This document shows, in pieces, positions 16,432 through 24,705 of a stretch of 32,000 nt of DNA. Below the pieces are notes generated by a model, which saw only the letters and a list, made by a program, of their open reading frames with translations, searched no databases and was not told where the DNA came from. The number at the start of each line of letters is the position of its first letter. Within the stretch, counting starts at the first letter, position 1. This stretch comes from Candidatus Saccharimonadota bacterium (GTDB lineage: Bacteria; Patescibacteriota; Saccharimonadia; Saccharimonadales; UBA4665): NCBI GenBank assembly GCA_963718045.1, contig OY970350.1, positions 450,001 to 482,000 on the forward strand, read 5' to 3'. The position numbers and the translations under genes are program-made.

Positions 16432-17100
16432 TTAGCTAACGGGGACAACATCAACTACTTTGCCGGCGATTGAATATACGCCGCTGTCTTCTTCGGATAC
16501 AACAATTGGAGGCAATGGTTCTTTAGATTCTGACAGGAGTAATATCCTTGAGTTAACTGGGTCAAAAACAAGTCTTTTAATATTGGCAACTTCGTCAAAT
16601 ATGGAAACCACATAATCCCCATTGCTTGCCTCGTCAGTTTTCTCAACTAATACGTAGTCTCCGCTGTTAATCGGCTTCCCAGATATGTTTGCTGCATTCA
16701 TTGAGTTGCCAACTGCCTTTAAGGCATAGAGTTTATCTAGTTTAACCTTTGGCAGTAGTGACGGCGAGAGGCGTAAAAACTCTTTTACCCGGTCATCAGC
16801 GACGCTGGTAGCCGAGCCACAGTTAGCCTCACCCATTACCGGTATGCTAAGTAAACCTAAAAACTTCTCACCTTCAGTGACCTTAGTGATTTCACCAGAT
16901 TTTGGGTCACGAAATAGAAGGCCTTTTTCTACAAGCTGGTCTAAATGAAATTTGATACTACCATGATTGGCTACGCCGAGCCGTTTGGCCAGGCCGTAAT
17001 AGCTACTAGAGCCCAGGTTTTCGGTATCCGCCAGGGCAAGTAGCTGTTCTTGTACTTGATGCATTAGCATTAGTATAAGGGGTGATTCCTGGTCTGTCAA
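16432..17100 (-). CDS. LexA-like repressor (wHTH + S24 autopeptidase), paralog 2
   Basis: wHTH (YYGLAKRLGVANHGSIKFHLDQLVEKGLL), linker IPVMGEANCGSA, Ser motif AVGNSMNAAN, Lys motif ANIKRL. Clearly alignable with paralog 1 through the whole S24 domain. Confidence 0.8.
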   Translation of the reverse strand: MTDQESPLILMLMHQVQEQLLALADTENLGSSSYYGLAKRLGVANHGSIKFHLDQLVEKGLLFRDPKSGEITKVTEGEKFLGLLSIPVMGEANCGSATSVADDRVKEFLRLSPSLLPKVKLDKLYALKAVGNSMNAANISGKPINSGDYVLVEKTDEASNGDYVVSIFDEVANIKRLVFDPVNSRILLLSESKEPLPPIVVSEEDSGVYSIAGKVVDVVPVS

Positions 17101-17353
17101 ATCGAATTACGGTTTTTAGTTACGAAATACTTGCGCTATTTTTGGCTGCCTGTTAGACTAGGGGTGAGTTTTAAAAAAAGTTTTGGGACTCGGACGTGCT
17201 GAGGGTCACCCCGGCCATTAACAAGAAGCCTAGAAAAGAAAGACACCAGGGTTAACTGGTGTCGGGTGTACTTAGTTTTGCAACGTTTGTACGCTCCCTA
17301 TTCTAGCAGCAATAACTAATTCTGGCTAAAGCTAGATATAAGGAGTCGCCACT

Positions 17354-17587
17354 ATGGCATCTAAAAACAACATTCATACTACCTACAGTAAGTCAGCTGG
17401 TAACTGGCGCAACATTCGTGAGGGAGCCAGCAAACCCGCAAAAGTCTATGACACCAAAGCCGAAGCCCAGGCTGCCGGCCGAAACATGGCAATTAATAAT
17501 AAATCTGAACAGCTAATCCATGACAAAAATGGCAAAATAGCTGAGCGTAACAGTTACGGGAACGATCCATTCCCACCTAGGGGTTAG
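17354..17587 (+). CDS. DUF2188-like small protein
   Basis: Pattern W.N.....KP.KVYDTKAEAQAAGRNMA......QLIHDKNGKI.ERNSYGNDPFPP matches what I remember of DUF2188. AAGGAG SD 7 nt upstream. Confidence 0.6.
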   Translation: MASKNNIHTTYSKSAGNWRNIREGASKPAKVYDTKAEAQAAGRNMAINNKSEQLIHDKNGKIAERNSYGNDPFPPRG

Positions 17588-17591
17588 TAAT

Positions 17592-17912
17592 ATGAGACGG
17601 ATTTACGACGCAGCGTTCGCCCCGAACACCAATGGTACACACCACTCCCATTTAGGCACGTTTTGGTGGGTAGATAAGGACGACAAAAGCATAAAAGGTG
17701 CCTGGCACTCAAGGGATGACGCGCACGATTACGTCCTAGGCCACCGCGAAACGGTTTACGTAGCAGAACCTGGCGAGTGGGCTTGGGTCTACGCCTACCA
17801 CCACACAAACGACCCGACTATTAAATGGATTCAGACTGAAGCGGACGGCAAATTGCCGGACAACCTGATAACATTAGCGAAAAGACATGCCCAAGGGTTG
17901 CCAAATGATTAG
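17592..17912 (+). CDS. Hypothetical Trp/His-rich protein (locally GC-rich gene)
   Basis: 106-aa ORF lying 4 nt after the previous stop. No family recognised. Hand count of 17701-17820 gives about 59% GC. Confidence 0.5.
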   Translation: MRRIYDAAFAPNTNGTHHSHLGTFWWVDKDDKSIKGAWHSRDDAHDYVLGHRETVYVAEPGEWAWVYAYHHTNDPTIKWIQTEADGKLPDNLITLAKRHAQGLPND

Positions 17913-18816
17913 GAAAACTAGAATCCGAAGCCTAAACCCATATATTAAATTAATACCCGACAAGCCAAACGTTTACGTGGGGGTTATCAGCCCACCGGCA
18001 CTAACACTAAAACGGATTGGGTTTAGTGATTCACCTGAAGCTGGTGAAACCATACTCCCACGCCCAGTTGGCAAAGCGAGCCGGTACAACGCCTATGGCA
18101 AACGTATAGTCCATAAAGACCAGCCCTTGGAAACTGCCTACACTACGGTGGAGTGGCATTGGACTGAGTGGCACGGGCGAGATAAGGTTGAGCAATCTGA
18201 TTTCAGGGACAGACCCTATAAAAGATACCCCCGAACCTCTGTTCCACCCCCTTCTTTACAGTTAACTATCTTTACCAATACTGCAGGTGAAAAGGTAGCA
18301 TTAACCCCATTAATCAACAACTGGAAGGCTAGCCAAGGTGATTTAATCCACGCCGTTAACCTAATGCTAGATATTTTTGGAGAGGCTACGTTTTTTGACG
18401 ATAAATTGGAGCAAGTTATAAAGGCGCCAATTAAAAGTCTTAACTGGAAGATTTTACCAAAGGGCGCGCGCCCATTTGCCGAATTGGAAGGTCACCTCAA
18501 ACAAGCACTTAACAGAGTGAAACAAGGTAATCGGAGTTTTGTTGACCACCGCTTGGATCGCCTGAATAGTTACAAGCCGGAATTTACAGCTATTGGCCAG
18601 GGTGGCTTTACTGGCTACGTTGTGTTTGGTTATCCGAAGAAAAATATCTATGTGCTTGAAAGTATCTTGTACGGCAACGCTACATACGTACTTGGCAACG
18701 ATTGGGAAAAGATTTCAAAGCTGACCAAAGCGGAGATTTTAAATGACCAGCTTCACAAAGAGCGTATCATCCACGTTCGCAACTGGTTTGAGAAAATTCG
18801 TAAGCTACTCAGCTAA
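17905..18816 (+). CDS. Hypothetical protein (~303 aa), unknown family
   Basis: Long ORF. The ATG at 17905 overlaps the upstream stop by 8 nt (the track start 17887 is also possible). No motif I can assign. Confidence 0.55.
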   Translation: MIRKTRIRSLNPYIKLIPDKPNVYVGVISPPALTLKRIGFSDSPEAGETILPRPVGKASRYNAYGKRIVHKDQPLETAYTTVEWHWTEWHGRDKVEQSDFRDRPYKRYPRTSVPPPSLQLTIFTNTAGEKVALTPLINNWKASQGDLIHAVNLMLDIFGEATFFDDKLEQVIKAPIKSLNWKILPKGARPFAELEGHLKQALNRVKQGNRSFVDHRLDRLNSYKPEFTAIGQGGFTGYVVFGYPKKNIYVLESILYGNATYVLGNDWEKISKLTKAEILNDQLHKERIIHVRNWFEKIRKLLS

Positions 18817-18817
18817 T

Positions 18818-19912
18818 CTATATATTGCTTTTCCGGCGATTGTCGTCTTTGCATAACATTTGACAATTCTTTGCCGTAGTATGGCCGCCCTCCGACCAGG
18901 GAGTAATATGGTCAGCTTCCATTTCCCCGATATCAAAGCGTTTCCCGCACTTGGGACAGACACCTTTTTGACGCTCGTATGCTTCTCGCCGTTCATTTGG
19001 ACTGAAATCACGCACATTAAGCCATTTTTCTTTGCGCGTTAAGACGTATGCATAAATACCAGATTTTTTTGTTACATCTTCATCCTGCATCAGCTTTGTG
19101 ATTTCAGATTCAAGCTCATTAGGATCTGGCTTTGAGTCCTTAAACTCGTTATATAACACTCCCCACTCGACGTTTTTCATCTCCTGGCGGTATTTTGGAA
19201 ATGTCTTGTGTGCCCACTCGATAACCATCTGAAAGTATTGCCACAATTCGTTGGCGTTCGGGTCTTTTTGATGTCGAGCCATATACTCCCGTATGTCTCC
19301 ACTATTAATCCAGGATAACGCTGTTTCGAGATATTCTTGTCGAATTGGTGATCCTACCAGCAATTGTCCACCATCATTTGCAAGAAGATATGCTGCGCAA
19401 TTAGTCTTGCTAAATTTTAGTTTTGCATCAGACAGCCAAGGACCGGTATAGACAGCGTTCCTGATTTCTTGGGGTGTTAGCTTCTCGCCGGCGATATTGA
19501 TAATTTCAAACCAATCAAGACGTTCACGATCGGTTCCTTCACAAAAATAAATCATTAATTCGTAATCAAGTATTTGGTCTCGTTCCTCAGTAGTGAGATT
19601 GTGGAACATCATACCGTTTAACGAAAAATCACTATTTACGTACTGGGCTATGCTAATTGTGCGCTGCTGCCCGTCAAGCACCTCATAACCACCGTCATCA
19701 TTCACCATCCAGTACATCACATTGAGAGGAAAACTTTTTTTCACTGTTTCTATTACGGCATCACGTTGCTTACCACTATAAACAAACTCTCGTTGATACT
19801 TTGGCCTGATGTTTAATTTCCCGTCATAGCTCATCACACCCTCTTCATTGTTATCTTTATAGCCACTTACGACGTCACGAACCTTTATACGGTGTAATTC
19901 AATCTTCATCAT
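18818..19912 (-). CDS. DUF262 (ParB/GmrSD N-terminal-like) - HNH fusion nuclease
   Basis: DUF262 hallmark LDGQQRTISI near the N-terminus. C-terminal HNH: CPKCGKRFDIGEMEADHITPWSEGGHTTAKNCQMLCKDDNRRKSN. Its ATG overlaps the methylase TGA (ATGA). Confidence 0.8.
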   Translation of the reverse strand: MMKIELHRIKVRDVVSGYKDNNEEGVMSYDGKLNIRPKYQREFVYSGKQRDAVIETVKKSFPLNVMYWMVNDDGGYEVLDGQQRTISIAQYVNSDFSLNGMMFHNLTTEERDQILDYELMIYFCEGTDRERLDWFEIINIAGEKLTPQEIRNAVYTGPWLSDAKLKFSKTNCAAYLLANDGGQLLVGSPIRQEYLETALSWINSGDIREYMARHQKDPNANELWQYFQMVIEWAHKTFPKYRQEMKNVEWGVLYNEFKDSKPDPNELESEITKLMQDEDVTKKSGIYAYVLTRKEKWLNVRDFSPNERREAYERQKGVCPKCGKRFDIGEMEADHITPWSEGGHTTAKNCQMLCKDDNRRKSNI

Positions 19913-21027
19913 GTTTTCCCTTCTTTTCTTTTAATTAATATACGTGCATAAGGGACTTTAACCTCATCATCTTTCATGTAATAGAGATCACCATCTACCG
20001 CTCCACGTAGTTGCACTTCTTTTCTGTACTTCTTGTGTTCTGGTTTATACGGTCGAACGCCAACTCCTAATCCAGAGTTGGATATGCCAAGACCGATTAT
20101 TTCAAATTGATCAGGGTTATACTTGTTCAGGAAAGTGATTGGAACGCCAACTACGCCAGAATAATCCATGGGAATTTCAGTAACCTTATCAGTATTAATG
20201 CCATCATAGTTTTCGTATTTAAAATAATCATCTGGGGTGTATTTTTTATATAAAGTTAACTCTTCGTGTCTCTTGTCATTATCAAGGTTGGTAAACCATA
20301 GGCAACCTTTAACAAAAAGGTATTTTCTTCCATCTACTATTTTAGAATTGGCCGCATTCTCATTAATAGGATAATCGTCTGGTACTCGAAACCATTTGTT
20401 TCTTCCATCCATCGTAATGCCAAGCCAAACTTTATTATCTTTTATTAATTTAAAGCATTCCCTATAAGTTATCGCATTTAAGGCACCAATTATGAGAAAC
20501 TTTTTATCATATTCAATTAATTGCGCTAAATATTCTCGAAAAAGGGAAAATGGTGGATTTGTAATAACAACGTCTGCTTGTTGCAATAGCTCAATACATT
20601 CCTCGCTTCTAAAATCACCATTTCCTTTAAGCGGCGTAGCTGTGTTCTTGTCGTGCTTGAGTAAATATTCAACATCAGCAAGATTTATAGAGCCGCTTTT
20701 GTCAGTATCGGTAACTTCGTTTATTTCTATCTTAAATGGTTGCTTCCCATCCGGTTTTAGCCCTTCAACGTCTAGCAAACTTAACTGCTGTCCAGCTACA
20801 GGTGACTTTGTGTAGCTCGTAGCAATAAGTTTTTTTAACTGAAGGTAATTAAAGTTGCTTGCTAAGTATTTAAAGAAGTTACTCTCGAAAGGGTCATCGC
20901 AGTTACAAAACACAACTTTACCTCTCAGATATTCTTTGTAATACCTGAGTTCATTCTCGATATCTTCAAGCTGCGTGTAAAACTCATCTTTCTTTGATTT
21001 TTGAGCTGTTCGTAAGTCTCGAGCCAT
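19909..21027 (-). CDS. N6-adenine DNA methyltransferase (NPPF motif; EcoRI-methylase-like family)
   Basis: N-terminal KKDEFYTQLEDIENEL, CNCDDPFESNFFKY, and the catalytic motif IV VVITNPPFSLFREY. Confidence 0.8.
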   Translation of the reverse strand: MARDLRTAQKSKKDEFYTQLEDIENELRYYKEYLRGKVVFCNCDDPFESNFFKYLASNFNYLQLKKLIATSYTKSPVAGQQLSLLDVEGLKPDGKQPFKIEINEVTDTDKSGSINLADVEYLLKHDKNTATPLKGNGDFRSEECIELLQQADVVITNPPFSLFREYLAQLIEYDKKFLIIGALNAITYRECFKLIKDNKVWLGITMDGRNKWFRVPDDYPINENAANSKIVDGRKYLFVKGCLWFTNLDNDKRHEELTLYKKYTPDDYFKYENYDGINTDKVTEIPMDYSGVVGVPITFLNKYNPDQFEIIGLGISNSGLGVGVRPYKPEHKKYRKEVQLRGAVDGDLYYMKDDEVKVPYARILIKRKEGKT

Positions 21028-21294
21028 TTATTCTCCTTTAGAATAGTATGGCATAATTCAACACCTTGCGCTATTGGGGTATATTTGTGCCTGTCATATT
21101 GCTAAAAAAAGAGTCTTGTTATAGATACTACAACAGCCTGAAACTGTATGTACTAGTTTGTTATCGATGCTCTTTATCTGTTGCTATGCACCAGCTTGAT
21201 TATTATTAACTATTATTGCTTTGATTGTATATCACCCCTGTTAGGAGTATAATAAGGGTATAAACATTAGAGATAACGAGAGGGTAATAGTAAC

Positions 21295-21573
21295 ATGGGC
21301 AAAATATACGTAGATGCGGTCAAAGTTATATTAGCATCCAATAAAGATAAAGAAACTAAGCTGCAAGATATGGCTGCATTAAGCACGCCTGTTGACTCCG
21401 AGAGCGCGCATTATATTCATGAGCTTGTTACACAACATATGCCTTGGCTAATTAAAGGTGGGGTTTTTAATCAAAAGCAGGTTGATATTTCGTACGAAGA
21501 AATAGTAGCTGCCGCCAATAACCCAGATCATAAGCAAAAATTTGTTGTATCCGCGTATATGGGCGATGCGTAA
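21295..21573 (+). CDS. Hypothetical protein
   Basis: 92-aa ORF upstream of and co-oriented with the second recombinase. GAGAGGG SD-like sequence upstream. No family recognised. Confidence 0.4.
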   Translation: MGKIYVDAVKVILASNKDKETKLQDMAALSTPVDSESAHYIHELVTQHMPWLIKGGVFNQKQVDISYEEIVAAANNPDHKQKFVVSAYMGDA

Positions 21574-21631
21574 ATACTCTCTATTTACATAAGACAGTTG
21601 ACTCTGTTAAACACAGAGCTATGCTGTCAGT

Positions 21632-22891
21632 GTGATGGAAATAACAGAGGTAAACTACTGCTTGTATGCCCGCAAATCGAGTGAGCAAGACGAGCGACAG
21701 GCTATGAGTATTGACTCTCAGTTGAAGGAGATGTTGGCTATGGCTGAGCGTGATGGGCTCAATATAGTAGAAACTAAGCACGAAAGTCATTCAGCTAAAC
21801 AATCCGGGCAAAGACCTGTATTCAACGAATTGCTCAATGACCTAAGGAACGGCAAGTTCAACGGTATTCTTACATGGGCACCAGATAGACTGTCTCGTAA
21901 TGCAGGAGACCTTGGATCGCTCGTAGACCTAATGGATGGCAATAACCTTCATAGCATAAGAACATTCGGCCAAAGCTTCAGTAATACACCGAACGAGAAG
22001 TTTTTATTGATGATCTTGTGCTCCCAAGCAAAGCTCGAGAATGACAATAGAGGTGTAAATGTAAAACGCGGGATCAGGGCAAAGTGTGAGATGGGCTGGC
22101 GACCATGTATGCCGCCACTCGGCTATTACACGCGAGGATCGACAGGTAGTGTTAAGGATGTAATTCTCGACGTTGAGCGATCACCATTTATTGCCGAGAT
22201 GTTCAAAATGTCAGCCCAAGGTAAAAGTGGCAGGCATATTAAACAATGGCTAATCGACAATAATGTCCGGACACGCAAGGATAAGACGGTATCTCTGAGC
22301 ATGATATACAAGATGCTCAACAGTACCTTTTACTACGGAGAGTTTGAATATCCCAAAAACAGTGGTAAGTGGTACAAGGGTAACCACGAAGCGTTAATAA
22401 CTAAAGGACTATTCGATCAGGTTCAGAAAGCTATAGCCGTGCCGATCAAGTCAAAATGGGGAGCAAAGGAGTTTCCCTACAAACGATTTTTGAAATGCTT
22501 CTCGTGTGGAGCGAGTATTGTAGGCGAAGAAAAGATTAGAAATTATAAAAACGGGAATCATAAGAGGTTCGTATACTACCACTGCTCCCGGCAGGTAAAA
22601 CATGACTGTCCCGAGCCATTTGTTAGAGCAGAAGTCATTGAGCAAGAACTTGTAAAGCTGTGCGACACACTCATCACTGATCTTACAGAATTAGAGCCAG
22701 GGCTAAGAGGAGCTATTGATAAGTTCACTCGAATGATGAGAGCTACCAATACAGGCTATGCCAAAAAGAATCTCATATCAGGTTATGTAAAATATGTGCT
22801 TCAAGAGGGATCAGTGTTTGAGAAAACTAGACTTGTACGGAACCTAAAGGCCACACTCGCCTTACACGACAAGCAACTGGTTAATATATGA
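21632..22891 (+). CDS. Large serine recombinase (second copy, different lineage)
   Basis: Catalytic N-terminus YCLYARKSSEQDERQAMSIDSQ, WAPDRLSRN, a recombinase domain, and a zinc-ribbon (CFSCGAS...YYHCSRQVKHDC). 419 aa. Confidence 0.85.
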   Translation: MMEITEVNYCLYARKSSEQDERQAMSIDSQLKEMLAMAERDGLNIVETKHESHSAKQSGQRPVFNELLNDLRNGKFNGILTWAPDRLSRNAGDLGSLVDLMDGNNLHSIRTFGQSFSNTPNEKFLLMILCSQAKLENDNRGVNVKRGIRAKCEMGWRPCMPPLGYYTRGSTGSVKDVILDVERSPFIAEMFKMSAQGKSGRHIKQWLIDNNVRTRKDKTVSLSMIYKMLNSTFYYGEFEYPKNSGKWYKGNHEALITKGLFDQVQKAIAVPIKSKWGAKEFPYKRFLKCFSCGASIVGEEKIRNYKNGNHKRFVYYHCSRQVKHDCPEPFVRAEVIEQELVKLCDTLITDLTELEPGLRGAIDKFTRMMRATNTGYAKKNLISGYVKYVLQEGSVFEKTRLVRNLKATLALHDKQLVNI

Positions 22892-22894
22892 TAA

Positions 22895-23923
22895 CTATTC
22901 TTGATCTACTGAAAACTTTCTTATGTTTCGCAATCTTTTTACAGTGGTTCTTGTTTTATATGGCCATAGTTGCTCAAGGTCTTCAACCAGCTCTAATGTC
23001 AAAACGCTATCTAGTTCTTCGGTATCAACAGATGTAATCCCTCTGCGGCATCCCTCAGCAAGTTCGATAATAAAGTCATTCACTCGAGTAATATGACTTT
23101 TAACTTGATCGTGTTGGATTCGCTTAACTGGGTCAATTATTCTACCTTTTGGGTTCATCTTCTTGTTTTTCTTCGTTAGCCCAACATAAGTTGCATTCTG
23201 TTTACTATCTTCAAGTAGTCCTTCTGATATCTCTCGCACTTTAGCGAGATTAATATTGTCGTCGTGCCGCTTCACGTACCATTGTCTGAAGAGATACTCA
23301 ATAAAAGCAATGAGTTTTTCGGCTTCATCTTGATCGATATCGATGATTAAATTAACATCCTTTTCCATATGAGCACCGATATTGCCTACTTTTCTAAGTG
23401 AATCGATCGCTTGCCATTCGGCATCGGGGATTTTACCTTCTAGCTCGTCTATTTCTTGAGACAACTTTAACCTAGAGATACCGTGGAAATCTCGAATCAT
23501 GCCCTGAAGACAACGCCTCGCAAGCGTGGCAGATGCTTTTGGACTTTGGGTTAAGATTAAGCATGCTTCCGTATAGTCTTGAACAATGGGTCTCGGTATG
23601 TAAGTTGGCTGCGGTTTTGCCGTCGACGAAGGCATAAGCAGCCAGCTAGTAATAGCTTTGCCCTCTTTTGTCCCATATTGACCTTCAATTGTACTTGTCA
23701 AATAGACTTCCAGTCTAAGTTGTTTACAACTGGGATTGGGGCATGTTATGGCGACAAATTTAAGCCCCCGCCCTTTTTTATTACTATAATGTGCAGCGTT
23801 GATGTTAATCTCTCGCCAAAAGGTATTGTAATTAGGCGTGGTTAGCGTTGTTGGCCGATTACAGTATGGGCAAGTGTACTCCATTTGCCATTTATTATAC
23901 TCTCGGCTGTAAGAGAGCCACAT
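22895..23923 (-). CDS. Zn-ribbon + DUF4145-like domain protein
   Basis: N-terminal CPYC...CPNPSC four-Cys ribbon. Central helical segment ASATLARRCLQGMIRDFHGI...IDSLRKVGNIGAHME is typical of DUF4145. An unknown C-terminal extension of ~110 aa follows. Confidence 0.6.
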   Translation of the reverse strand: MWLSYSREYNKWQMEYTCPYCNRPTTLTTPNYNTFWREININAAHYSNKKGRGLKFVAITCPNPSCKQLRLEVYLTSTIEGQYGTKEGKAITSWLLMPSSTAKPQPTYIPRPIVQDYTEACLILTQSPKASATLARRCLQGMIRDFHGISRLKLSQEIDELEGKIPDAEWQAIDSLRKVGNIGAHMEKDVNLIIDIDQDEAEKLIAFIEYLFRQWYVKRHDDNINLAKVREISEGLLEDSKQNATYVGLTKKNKKMNPKGRIIDPVKRIQHDQVKSHITRVNDFIIELAEGCRRGITSVDTEELDSVLTLELVEDLEQLWPYKTRTTVKRLRNIRKFSVDQE

Positions 23924-23965
23924 AAGATGTAGCGGCTAATTGAGTATCTAGTTCGAATAAGCGAA

Positions 23966-24586
23966 TCAAGGCTGATTGAGAGATTTGAACCTCAGCCGGC
24001 GTGGTGTAGTAATCCAATCAGCTAGTAATATTCGATTAACAAGTACGCATTCATTACTTTTAGCAAGCTCCTTCGCTATTTGGCTATAAGTACTATTGGA
24101 TATAACCATAGCTCTATCACAGTGGTATTTCTTCAAGGCTGTTACTACTTGCCTAACTGCAATAGCTTTAACTAAGCCGGAGTATCTCTTTACTTGTATG
24201 CCCCATGTAATACCATCCTTTATAGCAATAATGTCTATACCATAGTCATATTCTTCTGTTAACCTAATATGGTTGTAACCTTTTGTTTTTAGTAGTCTAG
24301 CAACGTAGTGTTCAAACTCTAGGCCGGTCATATTATCGAAGGCTGCCATACTGGGATTGTGATTTCGGCGGCACACCCTCAACTTCTTAATTGTTTTGTA
24401 GATTATAAGTAAACTTATTACACCTAATAACGCAAGCAACGAAGTAGCCAGTATATGCTTCGTTTTCGTCGTTAACACTTTATGTGTCCAGGTATTAGAT
24501 ATAAGTAATATAGTAAACACAAAAGCAGTTGTATTGCCGGTAGTACCAGCATTGTAGGATTTACGATGTAAATGTCTGCGCGACAT
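23966..24586 (-). CDS. Membrane-anchored Mrr-like restriction endonuclease-fold protein
   Basis: Two N-terminal TM helices, then an Mrr_cat-like core LTGLEFEHYVARLLKTKGY...YGIDIIA...WGIQVKRY (D...QxK) and VRQVVTALKKYHCDRAMVISNSTYS. Confidence 0.75.
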   Translation of the reverse strand: MSRRHLHRKSYNAGTTGNTTAFVFTILLISNTWTHKVLTTKTKHILATSLLALLGVISLLIIYKTIKKLRVCRRNHNPSMAAFDNMTGLEFEHYVARLLKTKGYNHIRLTEEYDYGIDIIAIKDGITWGIQVKRYSGLVKAIAVRQVVTALKKYHCDRAMVISNSTYSQIAKELAKSNECVLVNRILLADWITTPRRLRFKSLNQP

Positions 24587-24705
24587 ATTACTCTACCTCT
24601 TCTGTTATAGACGTAGTATTATCAGATGAGTCGGGGGAGTCTAAGCCGTCAATCAGTTGGCGAATTTCCTCTACATCGCAGTCTGTATCCTCGTCAAAAG
24701 TTCTA

